Shown: positions 12,816-25,745 of the stretch, piece by piece | Position numbering within the stretch: the stretch's first letter is position 1 | Layout of the letters: the number at the start of each line of letters is the position of its first letter | Source of the DNA: Carcharhinus longimanus | Taxonomy: Eukaryota | Direction: 5' to 3' | Length of the DNA stretch: 64,000 nt | NCBI GenBank assembly: GCA_030264375.1 | Contig: JASCQW010000122.1 | Coordinates: 40,696,702 to 40,760,701, forward strand | Position numbers and translations under genes: made by a program | The notes under the pieces: model-generated | The model's database searches: none | Seen by the model: the letters and a program-made list of their open reading frames with translations, nothing else | What the model was told of the DNA's origin: nothing

Positions 12816-13187
12816 TTTTTTTACTTCTGTGTATGTTAGCAGTGGCACAGGAGATACCTTCATGTATTTGAATTACATCAAGTTACTTTGCCTACGGCAC
12901 AAACTGTATTGCACACAATTTGACTCCCGACTTGCTGCTCCTATTCCTTTTCTTCCTTGTGTTCTAACCTAACCTTTTTAATAAATCTGTGCTATTCACT
13001 CAACCAACCCTTGTGAAAGTGTGTCCTACATTCTTACACTCTTGGGCTAAAGAAGTTACCCTGGGATTTATTAATGACAACCCTTGGATTTGGACTCCCC
13101 TTCCAATAAAAAGAACTGTTTTCCCTGTGTTTTATTTGATCAAACTTTCTGTTATCTTAAACTCTGTCAGGTAATTCTCCAGACTTT

Positions 13188-13530
13188 ATAGAATCAACAC
13201 CCTGACAGTGAGTCTTACCCAGGCCCTATTCCTGTAACCCCAATNNNNNNNNNNNNNNNNNNNNNNNNNNNNNNNNNNNNNNNNNNNNNNNNNNNNNNNN
13301 NNNNNNNNNNNNNNNNNNNNNNNNNNNNNNNNNNNNNNNNNNNNGAAAGCTAGTGAGTTTACTATCAAATAAATCAGTTGGACTTAAACCTGGTGTTGTC
13401 AGACTTTTTACTGTGATTCTGCTAACCACATCTTTAGATACAGACAATTTAGCATGGTCAATCTACCTAACCTGTACGTTTTTGGATTGTGGGAGGAAAC
13501 TGGAGCACCTGGAGGGAACTTGTGTGCGTG
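13188..13530 (-). mobile_element. V-SINE/HE1-like SINE with an assembly gap and a nested Penelope terminal repeat (13345-13415, +)
   Basis: CCCAGGCCCTATTCCTGTAACCCC and CAATTTAGCATGG...TTGGATTGTGGGAGGAAACTGGAGCACC flank GAAAGCTAGTG...AATAAATCAGTTGGACTTAAACCTGGTGTTG. Confidence 0.75.
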
Positions 13531-15989
13531 TGCACATGGGTCAAAACTGTAAGGATTCTGAGAATATGGAGAATAGAACTGTTCAGTGTTCCAGAAGTGT
13601 GGCCTACCCAATGTATATCAGTTTACTGTAACTTTGTTTTTCAATTCTTTCTAAATGTAAAAACCCTCATTTGATTTATGACCAGTTGCTAACCTGTGTC
13701 ACTACTTGTGATTTGGGAATATATATCCCTTTGCTCCACTGTCCTGTTTAAACTATTACTGTCCAAGTAGTATGTGGTATTTAATTATATAAGCATAAAC
13801 ATTTACACATTTAATTTGTTACCCCAAATGCAACGGCAGTTCTCATCAGCAAGCATCTGAAAATCTTGCTGCTCTTTGCTTCACATGTCAAATGTCTGTG
13901 ACGTGTTTTTACCTGACCTCCCCACTTAATGCTGCCCTTTGATTACTCAGTCTTGTGTAGAATTCAGTATGCATGACCATGTTTGAAATTCTCTAGTGGC
14001 ACTGAAGGGTAGTGTGCTTTTTAAACTGCAGGAAACTGGCATGTTCCCTTTGTATAAAAGCCACTATTGTTTGGATGTTTCTATTCTGGTTTTGAAGGTT
14101 CTTGCCCACAATAAGATTTGATATGTAGCCAAGAGACTCTTAATTGTCAAAATAAAATTTTTAATTTATTAAAATCTTGCATGCATTCACTTTTGTAACT
14201 TCTGTCAACATTGAGTTGTGGTTTCTTAATGTAAATTTATAATGGAATTGCCTATTCAAGTGATTATTGAAACTTCCCTATGCAAGTACTTAGCAGTCAT
14301 GGTATGATTACACTTCTTCCTCCTCCTCCACCGCCACACATTTCCATCCGCCACCGAGTGCTGACCGACCTAATGCCATGGCCGTAACCTGCCTTACGCC
14401 TTTTGGCTGCTGCCTTTCTGACCCCAGGTCTTTACCCTGCTAGCTTTCCTGTCCGTGTACTTCTGTCATTTGAAGTTTCTGGCCTCACCTTGCCCTGGAT
14501 GACATTTCCCTTTCAGCTGTTGGTCTGCTTTTTAAGACTCTCCTTTAGCCTTCTGGCATGAGAAAGGGGCACAGAGGGCTGGAAAAGATGAGGCACAGGG
14601 AGAAATAATGCACATCAAAATTGAATAGAAATTTCGAGAGTGGAATGTGTGCGTAAGATTTGGTAACATTTTTTTCAGTCTCTGCTACACCGTTCAGATT
14701 TTAAAATGACCTTGATCTGCTGTTTTGACAGTTGGAGAATATGGCATCTTGTTGTTTCTACAGTCCTGATCTTTCTCTGCAGTCATTTCTGACGGACTCT
14801 TCCACAGACGTCTAAATTGCCATTTTCCACATGTTTTTCTTAGCACTAGTTATAAATTCAATGCCAGTTTTATTGCATCAGCTTTTGTATACTTTAAATC
14901 CACATGTTAGCTCCTCTCTATTCCTCATTATCATCTAATTTGTAATCTCAATCCCTGTCTAATTTAAACTATTTGTTCATGTACATTTTTGACTGCTGCT
15001 TTGGACCAGAGCAGTCATTTCTTTCCTTTTTCTTCTTGCCATTCTTGTCATTATGCCTATTATCTTCTCTGCCCTGAAATTCCAAATCTTCAGTACTCAT
15101 CACCCTTCCTGCTGTCATCCTAGGGTTGATTCCCTCTCAAATAGTTCCTGCACCTTCCTGTGAGCTGCAATTCTGGTGTTTTTGAGCTGTGCTCTCCTAA
15201 TCAATGCATCAGTCTGGGGCTAATCTAACCAATTGCCTCCTTGCCCTTCATTGTTCCCAGTCCTGATTGTGTAAACTCTGCCACCATGGACCCCTCAATC
15301 TCTCTCCACCTGCTAATAAAGCCCTTGGTATTCATGTAGTTACTGTGAACAATTTATGTTGACCTTGACCTTGACAAACATCTTTCCCCTGGAAGCTTCA
15401 CCGCCCACCTTCTCCCACTTAATCTACTCAAAAGGGTTTTTGTGGAACCCTTGTCTCTATTCCCTACTACTTTCACAACAACTACTTCTCCTTTTGGATA
15501 TTTGTTCCATTTGTCACACCTTTAAATTTACAATTGTTTTGTCATCCATCTGAATATCATTCCAAATTTTTAACTGCTGCTCTGCTTTCTCTGTTTCTGC
15601 ATTCAGCAGCTTCTCCATCAGTGATTTCAATCATGGCGTTCACTGCCCTTTCTTCCTTCCTATGTCTCTTTTGCATAAACTCTCTATCCAGATCCACAGC
15701 CACCTCCTTAATTTCATTGTAGGTGTAGTGAGGCCACATATCATATTCTCAATGAGCTCCTGTCATTATTGTCATGGATAAGGCAATCTGATTTCTTTAT
15801 AATGGTCTCTACCTACCTTCTCTAGTCATTTACCTTTGCACTCTCAAGTTGCTAATTATCCTGTCTTTTGTCTTATCAGCTTTTACTTTGCTTAATCTCC
15901 ACCAGCTTTTGTCCTTGGCCTCAGTAAAATATTTGCTCTATCCCACTTATCATTCACTATCCTTCATTTCCATTTGCCCACTAAGTGAT

Positions 15990-18063
15990 ATGGTGGTGCA
16001 GTGGTATCGCCACTGGATGAGTAAACCAGAGACCCAGGGTAATTGCTCTGGGGTTCTGGAGTTGGTGGACTTTAAACTCCATAAAACATCTGGAATTTAA
16101 GTCTAATCTCTGTGGTTTGAATTCAGACCCACAGCAATATGATTGACTCTTAAATGACCTCACAGCATGATGCTTTACAGATAATGTCCAAGATGTCACC
16201 CCTCACCATTTCTGGATGTGTCCTGCCTCACATGGAGGACAGACCCAGAGAGGTGGTGGCATAGTGGTATACATTCAGGAGGGAATTGTCCTGGGAGCGC
16301 TCAACATCAACTCTGGACCCTGTGACTGAGCATGATATAGGTGCAGAATGTACTCTGGGTGGGAAATTTTAATGTTTATCAGGAAGAGTGGCTCGGTAGT
16401 ACCACCATTGACTGAATTGGCTGGGTCCTGAAGGACGTAGCTGCTAGACTGGGACAGTGGTAGGTGCTAAGGGTACCAACAAGAGAGGAAAAATATAGTT
16501 GACATCATCCTTACCAACCTGCCTGCTGCTGATGCATCTGTCCATAAACTATCGGTAGGTGTGACCACCACACGGGTCTTGTGGAGACAAAGTCCTGTCT
16601 TCAGCTTGAGGATACCCTCCATCTTGTGTGGCACTACAACCATTCTAAATGGAATGGACTATTCAGATCTAGCAACTCAAAACTGGGCATCCAAGAGGTG
16701 CTATGGACCATCAGCAGAATTGTACTCAACTATGATCTGCAACCTCATGGCTCAGTATATTCCACACTCTACCATTATACCAAGCCAGGGGATTAACCCC
16801 AGTTCGATAGGGCATGCTAGGAGCAACACCAGACATACCTAAAAAAATGAGATGTCAACCTGGTGAAGCTACGATACAAGACTACATGCATGCCATGGCC
16901 AAGTTGTTCTCATACATGTAGCACTGGCATCTACCCAACAATGTGGAAAATTGCCCAGTTACATGCATACATGAACTAGGACAAATCCAACCTGACCAAT
17001 TACCTTGACATTCAATGGTGTTACCATCACTGAATCCCCCAGTGGGATTACCATTGACCAGAGACTTAACTAGACTCTGCACAAACAGTGGCTACAAGAG
17101 CAGATCAGAAGCTGCGAGTAACTCACCACCTGACTCCCCAAAGCATAGCTACCATCTACAAGTCAGGAGTGTAATGGAATAATTCCCTACTTGCCTGGAT
17201 GGGTGCAGCTCCAACGACACAAGCTTGACACCATCCAGGACACTGTAGCCCACTTGATTGACAGTACATCTAATAAACATCTACTCCCTTCACCACCGAT
17301 GCTCAGTCGCAGCAGTGTATACTGTCTTCGAGATGCACTGCAGCACGATCCAAATCCATGATCACTTCTATCTAGGCAACAGATGCATGGGCACACCACC
17401 TGCAAATTCCCTGCCAAGCCACACTATCCTGACTTAGAAATATATAGCCATTCCTTTGCAGTTGCTGGGTCAAAATCATGGTCAACTCACAACACGGACT
17501 GCAGCATTTCAAGAAGGCAGTTCATCACCTTCTCAAGGGCAACTGGGATGAGCAGTAAATGCTGGTCAGCCAGCAACGCCCATGTCCCACGAATGGGGCA
17601 AAAAAAATTATCACCTTGTAACTCCCAATTATTAGCAAACTGGCAGTAGTCATCAACAGTGCTATCAAGCAGTACTTAGCAATAACATGCTCATGCTCTT
17701 AAATGCTCAATTTGGGTTCCGCCAGGATGACTCCGCTCATTACAGCCTTGGTTCAAACATGGGCAAAAGAGTTGAATGCCAGAGGTGAAGTGAGACTGAC
17801 TGTCCTTGTCATTGAGATAACATCTGAGAGTATGGCATCAAAGAGCACTTGCAAAGTGTGTGTAAAATATTCTGCTGCTTGGAGTCATAGGTGGCAAAAA
17901 GGAAAATGGTTGTTGGTTAGTCACCTCTGCTCCAGAGCATTACTTCAGGAGTTCCTTGGTATTGTCCTAGGCTTGACCATCACCATCTGCTTCATCAATG
18001 ACCTCCCTTTCATCTGTAGGTGAGAAATGGTGACATTGGCTGATAGTGTGCAATGTTCACTAT
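15990..18063 (+). mobile_element. Decayed CR1/L2-group LINE: tRNA-like head, APE endonuclease and RT, with a nested 3' copy of the same family (17005-17608)
   Basis: A-box-like TGGTGCAGTGG (15994-16004); endonuclease-like AGAGGTGGTGGCATAGTGGTATAC (RGGGIVVY) and GGAAATTTTAATGTT (GNFNV); RT-like ITALVQTWAKELNARGEVRLTVL and CFINDLP in ORF 17703-18023. Confidence 0.8.
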
Positions 18064-18163
18064 NNNNNNNNNNNNNNNNNNNNNNNNNNNNNNNNNNNNN
18101 NNNNNNNNNNNNNNNNNNNNNNNNNNNNNNNNNNNNNNNNNNNNNNNNNNNNNNNNNNNNNNN

Positions 18164-18435
18164 ACCATTTAGGATGGAGATGAGGAGACATTTCTTCACC
18201 CAAAGAGTGGTGAGCCTGTGGAATTCATTACCACAGGAAGTTGGTGATGCCAAAACATTGAATGTATTCACAAGGCTGCTATATATACTCTCGGGGTGAA
18301 TGGGATCAAAGGTTATGGGGAGAAGGCAGGATTAGACTAAGTGAGTGGGATGATCAGCCTTGATCATGATGAATGGCAGAGCAGGCTCGGAAGGCCAAAT
18401 GGCCTCCTTTTGCTCCTATCTTCTATGTTTTTATG
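18164..18435 (+). mobile_element. CR1 LINE 3' end
   Basis: FRMEMRRHFFTQRVVSLWNSLPQEV, then the 3' UTR GAATGGCAGAGCAGGCTCG...TGGCCTCCTTTTGCTCCTAT. Confidence 0.9.
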
Positions 18436-19009
18436 TAAAGGTAGAAGAACTGAAGGACTGGGGCAGGAGAGAGATGAACTGGAAAGCAATGAGATGGAAA
18501 AATTGGAACTGGAGATCAGGGCAGGAAAGAAGGGAGTTATAAAACTGAGGATGAAGAAGACAATCCTCTGCTTCACCAACTCTCACATCCTCACCACCCT
18601 CCTTTTCTCCTAAAGGTTTCTTGAGTTTCCATTCTTTCATTTGACTACACTCAAAATGAACATTTTTTTTCAGGAAGAACAGGCATGCAATGAAGTGCTG
18701 TGTTGTAATGTTGCCCTACAGACTGAGCCACCCCATAATGAGAAAGGAGACAGACTTCTTTTAGAATTAGTTGACATTGCCCAGTTGTCCCAGTTGGGAG
18801 CTTTTCCTTGACTCATAAGTAAGAAAATATGTCTAACACAAAAATGAAACAGCTTTAATTTGTTTACTCATAATGTGTATATTGTTTGATTGCCTCTGGG
18901 GAAAAGAGCATTATAGTATCAGCAGATGTTGTTTCTTGTTCAGATGAAACATGCTGGTGGAAAATGCTAAAGTATCCAGGCATTGGCACTAGGTGCCAAT
19001 TATATATTC

Positions 19010-19212
19010 AGTCAGAGGGTGGTGGGTGAGTGGAATCGGCTGCCGTCTGTGGTGGTGGAGGCAAACTTGTTGGGGTCTTTTAAGAGACTTCTAGATGAGT
19101 ACATGGGATTTAATGGGATTGAGTGTTATAGATAGGCCTGGGAGATAGGGATATGATCAGTGCAACTTGTGGGCTGAAGGGCCTGTTTATGCTGTACTAT
19201 TCTATGTTCTAT
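19010..19212 (+). mobile_element. CR1 LINE 3' end (second subfamily)
   Basis: CAGAGGGTGGTGGGTGAGTGGAAT...GTGGGCTGAAGGGCCTGTT...TTCTATGTTCTAT tail. Confidence 0.85.
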
Positions 19213-19366
19213 ATACCGGTTGCAGATGAACTGATCTCTCAGCCAGTCTTAATGCTGTAGCAATGTTCTCCTAACATTCTTGAGGAATTTTCCCTGACAA
19301 AAATAGATAGGCATATAAGATGAGGCTGGGCACTGAGCTTTGCACCGCTTTGTAGTAAGGGAACCC

Positions 19367-19633
19367 TGTGTGATAACCCCCATGGTTTGCATGGGGAAGC
19401 ACTGACTGACCTCCCTGTAGGACTCATTGAATATGACCCCATGGGGATTGGTAATTAACTAACTAGGTGGAGCTCATATACTGAGCCCTGTATAAAACAG
19501 GCTCCCGAGTGGATCTGTTTGTTCCAGTTGGGATCTGTTGTGTTCAATTGTGGTTTTTGCTTTGCTTTGCTTTGCGCTGCGCAATAAAGCACTGTTCCTT
19601 TATAGCTGACTGTTGGAGTTATTATACTCTGAC
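19367..19633 (+). mobile_element. Putative solo LTR
   Basis: About 265 bp TG...CA segment with TATAAAA (19491) followed by AATAAA (19583); no TSD recognised. Confidence 0.45.
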
Positions 19634-19789
19634 AATCAAATTTGTTGCACTATATATGATTGCAAAACAGAAAGTTGTAATATTATATTAATAGACTTAA
19701 ATCCCTATGCTTTTATATGGCTCTTCTTCCAAACTACAACCAACATTGGGACTTAGAGGGTTGTCTTTAAAAAAAAGGTTGCATACAAT

Positions 19790-20190
19790 TGACTTGGATC
19801 ACTTTGGGTTTTGGATGCTGCAAGTGATCTGACTTAAGATGTTAAAAGGAGTTGTTGGCTAGAAACTGATAAACTATGTTTTGGTGGGGTTTTCAAGAAC
19901 AAGAGGATATCATCTTAAAATTAGGATTACTCCACTTAGAAGGAAAATCAGGAAGCACGTTCCTCCTATTTTCATAACGAAGATAGAAGGAATGTGAACC
20001 TTCTTCCCCCAGAGACTCAGTGCTCGGGGTCAACTGAAACTTTCAGGACTGAAATTAGTAGATTTCTGTTCAATAATAGTATCAAGAGAAATGCAGAAAA
20101 GAAGGATAAATGGACAGGATGTTTACATATCAATCACAATCTATCTGAATGGAGGAGCTAGGCCTGAGGAGCTGAATGGCCTACATGCTA
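19790..20190 (+). mobile_element. Old CR1 LINE 3' end
   Basis: AGAACAAGAGGATATCATCTTAAAATTAGG...TGAATGGAGGAGCTAGGCCTGAGGAGCTGAATGGCCTAC. Confidence 0.7.
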
Positions 20191-20644
20191 ACTAGTTTGT
20201 TATCTGTTTGTTAATGGCTGATTTTTGAGAGTCACTGGGTTTCCTGAGGTAGTAACAGCTATTCCAGCAGCATGGGAGAAATCCCAGTCATGAAGCAATG
20301 CCGTAACATTGTAACAGGTACAGTTTTCCCCTGTCCTGATATCACTTGTTGCATTATGATGATGCCAATACTCTGGGAATGCCAATCTAGCCAGACTGTC
20401 ACAGTCAGCTAACATGGTGGTCCTTTTGCAACAAGGAAGCTGGCAGTATTATTGGATTGTAAGCACAGAACAGAGACATGTCCCCCCAGGGCATGACCTA
20501 CAGTAACATTAACAATGTTTGAAAAGACATGAGGTGTTGAGGCCATGAACACGTGGTCTTTAAAAAGTTCATTATTTGCTTAGTTTTTCCTTTTCATATA
20601 TATATCAAATTTATTTTTGAAAGTTACCACTGAATCTGCTTCCT

Positions 20645-21090
20645 TTTTATTTCTTCATGGGATGTGAGTTGCTGGCTAGGTAAGCATTTTTACTGCCCAC
20701 CCTAATTGCCTTTGAGAAGGTCATGGTGAAGCCACCTTCTTAAATGCTGCAGTTCATAGCGGTGTTGGCACACAATGCTGTTAGGGAGAGATTTCCGGGA
20801 TTTTGACCCAGTGACATGAAGGAATGGCAATATATTTCCAAGTCAGGATGGTGATTTGGAGAGGAACTTGCGGATGGTGGTGTTCCCATGCAACTTTTAC
20901 CCTTGTCCTAGGCTTGGAAGGCGCTGTTGAAAGAGCCTTGGTGAGTTCCTGCAGTGCATCTTGTATAGGGAACACAGTGCTGGATGGAGTGAATATTGAA
21001 GGTGGTAGACAGGGTGGGCTGCTTTGCCTTGGATGGCATCCAGCTTCTTGAGTGCTATTGTGATGTTGTTGCTCGCACCAAGCTTTTAGG
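20645..21090 (-). mobile_element. CR1/L2-group LINE 3' end (family of 15990-18063)
   Basis: GGGATGTGAGTTGCTGGCTAGG...CCCTAATTGCCTTTGAGAAGG...TTCCAAGTCAGGATGGTG is the reverse complement of the family tail. Confidence 0.8.
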
Positions 21091-21523
21091 CAGTACATTC
21101 CAGGTCATAGCAACTCTTCATTTCCATTCCAGTTCTATTGGCGAGTGTCTTAAAGCTGTGCCCTCTGACTACCCGCCCATCAGTGGCAACAGATCATGCT
21201 CAGGCAAAACCCCCCCCATGGTTTTTCATTTCTCTTATACATCTCCTCTTAACCATCTCTGCCCTTGTTGGAGATAGAATGGGCAAAAGTCAGTAAATAT
21301 GGTACTAGGCTAAACAGGCCACATTAATTGTGATGTTAAAAATTGTCTGAAAATAGTGATAATCTAAAAGTGTCACAAATCACTAAAATAGTCATCATGT
21401 TTGTGTAGCTTTCTCGAAGAGGATGCTTTTCAGTTTCCATGGAAACATATATTTGACTCTGATGAGAGCTCCATTACAGAGCAGAGGTGAGAGTGTAATA
21501 CTAGAGCAACCAGGCAAGGCATA

Positions 21524-22212
21524 GCCCTGCCACAGCAACCTGTGCAAGACGTGCCAGATCATCGACACAGATACCATCATCTCATGTGAGAACACCATCC
21601 ACCAGTTACACAATGCAGACTCTTGCGACTCGGCTACTATTGTCTACCTGATATGCTGCAGGAAAGAATGTCCTGAGGCATGGTACATCGGTGAGCCCAT
21701 GCAGTCGCTATGACAATGGATGAATGGATACCACTCAACAAACACCAGGCAGGAGAACACTTCAGCGGTCATGGGCATTCAGCCTTTGATCTTTGGGTAA
21801 GCGTTCTCCAAGGCAGTCTTCATGACACATGACAACATGGAATCGCTGAGCAGAAACTGATAGCCAAGTTCCGCACACATGAGGAAGGCCTGAACCAGGA
21901 TCTTGGGTTCATGTCACACTATCTATAACCCCTACAACTTGCCTGGGCTTGCAAAATCTCACTAACTGTCCTGGCTGGAGACAATATACATCTCTTTAAC
22001 CTGTGCTTAATGCGCTCTCCACTCACATTCTGTCTGTACCTTTTCAAGACTTGATTACCTGTAAAAACTCGCATTCCAACCATTATTTTGTAAATTGAAA
22101 TTGTCTTTTATATGCCTTGTTTGTGAACAGAACCCCCATTCACCTGATGAAAAGGCAGATCCCCAAGCTTGTGGCTTGTGCTGCCAATTTAACCTGGCAT
22201 TGTGAGACGTCT
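21524..22212 (+). mobile_element. Penelope-like retroelement 3' part: GIY-YIG endonuclease pseudo-ORF and terminal repeat with decayed hammerhead (22141-22173)
   Basis: PCHSNLCKTCQII...CDSATIVYLICCRKECPEAWYIGE...EHFSGHGHS...AEQKLIAKFRTHEEGLNQDLGFMSHYL* (VY/YIG motif and GLN motif, with internal stops); CACCTGATGA...AAGCTTGTG follows. Confidence 0.9.
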
Positions 22213-22330
22213 AGTGGATATGCTGGCATTGGACAGGGGTAAACACAGTAAAAAGTCTGACAACACCAAGTTTAAGTCCAACATCAAATAAATCGGTTGG
22301 ACTTAAACCAGGTGTTGTCAGACTTTTTTT
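22213..22330. mobile_element. Fold-back Penelope-derived mini-insertion
   Basis: Inverted arms 22250-22282 and 22296-22328; flanked by TGAGACGTCT (22203-22212) and TGAGACATCT (22331-22340). Confidence 0.8.
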
Positions 22331-22689
22331 TGAGACATCTTACATGGGATACATGAACAGGAAGATTGATACCAAAAGGAGGGGGGAGGGGAAATGAAAG
22401 TAATGGGTAATGTGCAGGTTGAGAGAGAGCAAAATGTCACTGAGAACTTGAGGCACAAGTAAGAGGAGAGATGTGAAAAAATATGGAAAAAAACTAACAC
22501 AAAGAAAAAAACCATTGAGTGACTTCAGTGAGATACAGTAAGAACAGACAGATGGCGCTAACAAACCATAAATGAGGTGGATTTGATAGTTGTGGGTTGG
22601 TATGCATTGCAAGAGAGGAAAGGGGTGAGGAGCAAGACAAAAAGGGCTGATGGAGCACTGTATTGGGAAGATTATAGTGGAGACCAACC

Positions 22690-23405
22690 TTGTTGCTCAT
22701 CTAAGTGTCATTGAGAAGTTGGTGGCAAGCAGTCACCTTGAACTGCTGCAGTCCATGTGGTGTAGGTACACAAGTTCTGGGTTTTTGGAGAACTGACGGT
22801 TCCAAATCAGATGTGTAGCTTGGAGAACTTGCGGATGCTGATGTTCCCATGCATTTCCTGTCCTTCTATCTTTCTAGGTCATGGGTTTGGAAGATGCTGT
22901 TGAAGGAGTCTTGGAGAATTACTGTGCATCTTTAGATGTAACTGCATTGGTGGTGGAGGGAGTGAATGTTTAAGGTGGTGGACAGAGTGCCAATCAAACA
23001 ACCTGGATGGTTTTGAGCCTTGTGTTGGAGCTGAATTTATCTGGGCAAGTGGAGAGTATTCCACTATGTTGCTGTACATGATCCACGGGGCACAAATCAG
23101 GTTTTTTGGAGTTGGGTGAGTCACTTGCCTTTGGTTTAGCCACAATATGGCTGGTCCAGTTCAGTTTCTGGTCATTAGTAACCCCCAGGATTTGATGGTC
23201 AGGGATTCAGTATCATTGAATGTCAAAAGTTGATGGCTAGATTCTCATGTTAAAAATGGCCAATGCTTGGCACTTGATATTTGCTGCTGTTACAGGTGGG
23301 GTGTTTGGCATTAATTTAAACAGCACCAATTTCTCTCCTCATCTGGAGCATTAATTTGGACTCCTGGGATTACTAGTCTAGTAATATGACCGTTGCACTG
23401 ATGCT
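22690..23405 (-). mobile_element. CR1/L2-group LINE derivative: tRNA-like head joined to the LINE 3' region
   Basis: Tail near 22690-22770, ORF-end sequence 22800-23280 matching 17005-17400, and GGGATTACTAGTCTAGTAATATGACCGTTGCAC (reverse complement of the head) at about 23366-23398. Confidence 0.7.
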
Positions 23406-23862
23406 CCTATTAGACATTCTTTTAGAACTAATCCCTGGTTTTGTAATTTGACTTATTAGTTCACTCGTGAGAACTCTGACCAAATCTGCACTTGCAGCTA
23501 ATGCTCAGCATTTTGAAGCAACAAAAAGAATTTAAACTTGCACTTCGATGTTCATGTGCGTGCAGTACTGATTCCTTTCATTTCAAATCAGATCTAAGTA
23601 TTGCAGAAAATGTAACCATGCTGATCCATGTGGCTGCGTGCGTATGCAGCATTGCTGGAGAATTAGTTAAAACGGGTGCTGTAACTGTCATTTTCACTAG
23701 GTGGAGCCAGGAACATTTCAGACAATTTCTTGGTGATTTGTAAAACAGACTGCAAAAGTTTCAGAATAATGTTGATGGTGTTTATTGCTAATAAGAATTA
23801 TTTCCCAATTTAAACCTAAATATTGAATTTTTTGGTGACTATTTAAATTTCTGCTTTATTAG

Positions 23863-24034
23863 ATCTGTCTATGATGACCAACCCAATGCGCACAAACGGT
23901 TTATGGAAAAACTTGAGGCCCGCATTCGGAATCATGACCGAGAGATTGAGAAAATGTGCAATTTTCACCATCAGGGTTTTGTTGATGCTATCACTGAGTT
24001 GCTGAAAGTGAGGTCAAATGCAGGGAAGCTAAAG
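23863..24034 (+). CDS. EXOC6: EXOC6 coding exon 2 (172 nt)
   Basis: ctgctttattag|A TCT GTC TAT GAT GAC CAA... (SVYDDQPNAHKRFMEKLEARIRNHDREIEKMCNFHHQGFVDAITELLKVRSNAGKLK)...AAG|gtaaga. Confidence 0.97.
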
Positions 24035-25745
24035 GTAAGAAAATGCAGTGAAAGGGAACAAAAGGCTGTAATGTAACTATGCCTTTATGTTGAAATATGC
24101 TAGAACATTTGGGTCTCTCCCAATCACGTTTTTAAAAACTAGTGTTGGAAAGGTCCATTTTAAAGAGATTTTTTTTTTCCCCAGTTTGAATGCTACCCTC
24201 ACCTATTTCACTGACTCATTCTACAGTACAGTATGCTTTGTAATGGTGTCTGGTAGTGACAAAACTATTCCTGTCCCAAACAACAATTGGTGATGTAGGT
24301 TGAAAGATGAATATTGCCTAAAGCACCAGTGCACTCCCTCTGACTATACAGCACCGTTTCAATATTGCACTGCAGTGTCAATTTAAGATTGCATGTTCTA
24401 CTTTCTGAAGTTGTGAATTCACCCAAGGCCTTGCAACTCCTGAGGTGAGAGTGCTACTAGTGAGTAAGGTTGACAATTTAGTCATGCATTTGCAACGTTG
24501 GAATGGTGAGAAGGAATATAAGTAGATGAAAGAAAATATTCTTGGACTTTAGATACATAAGACACAAAGTTAGTTTGCACATTCAAAATATGTCAAAGTT
24601 AAAGCCATGCTAGGCTATTCTATAAAGTTTCAAATATAAAGACAAGTACTATTGTTTTGGTACCAAGAGCTCTGGTATCCTACCTTAAGATGATGATAAT
24701 GGCCAGCAGTAAATTGGGATGACAGAATGAAGGCATTTGCTTGTATCCGATTTAGTGACTGTTTCATTGAAATGTGGAGGCTGAGAAGTGATCTGGTCAA
24801 AATGCTTTTTATTTAAGGGGGAAAAAAATGATAGAATCCAGAACAAAGGCATATCATTTGAATGCAACTGGTTAAAAAGATATCAAAGAAAAACTTGCAT
24901 CATAATGAGCAGATGGAAAGCCTCACTCAAGGCTACAGAAATAATCAGTTGTGGCATTTAAAAGGGAGTTAAATATCTGAATTAAGTGAGCTGTAGCAAA
25001 GACAGGGATTTAGTGTTGTAACAAAAATGATAGTGCAAACATGACCTCTTTCTGTTACTCTTTAAGACTTTTTACATTTGAGTAGTAATGGTCATGATTA
25101 TTTATATTTATTTTCTGCAGCTGTTTACAGTGTAACAGAAACTGAACCGTGTGTGTTTGTCTGAAATCTTGAACTTCTGGTTAATTGTTGGAGGGGAAAC
25201 CATTTAATTGAACAGTTAGATCCATATCAGATTTATTCTATCAATTTTTTTTAAATGAACTGTGCACACTTCTGAAGTAGTCTTGTGCTTTTACTGAAGT
25301 AAGAAATGAGTGGTAAATTTATTGCTTATATAGTCTTAGTGTTAAGATGTGCATGTGCTGACTTAGATCAACTGAGGTTTTATAAATCCTTTTTTCTATA
25401 TTTGAGAATCTGAGTACAAGTTTACAACAGGACTTTTTTTTGCAGCAGTAGGTGCTATTTGGATAATGAGAGAATGAACCCAGCCTAATGAAGCTGAGTA
25501 CCTTTTGCATTAATGTGTGTTAAACAATGAGAATAAACTTGCATGTGGCAGTGATTTTAATAAGCTGTCTTATGTGGGAAAAGACTAGTGCCATTCTTTG
25601 CTGCTTCAGTGCTGTACTAAATTTGTTAGATACTTGATTTCTGCTGTAATAATAATTAGAAAATTTATGCTCTAAGATTTGTATTTTGAATGTGTTAAAT
25701 ATTTATCTCATTTTAGTTCCTCCAGTTACACAATTTTTATTTTAG

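Noticed and set aside
1-23862. EXOC6 exon 1 or promoter
   Set aside because: I found no sequence encoding the N-terminal EIESTDTACVGPTLR-like peptide and no CpG island; the CpG patch near 14330-14400 is too short. The region is treated as intron 1, although a gap could hide an exon.
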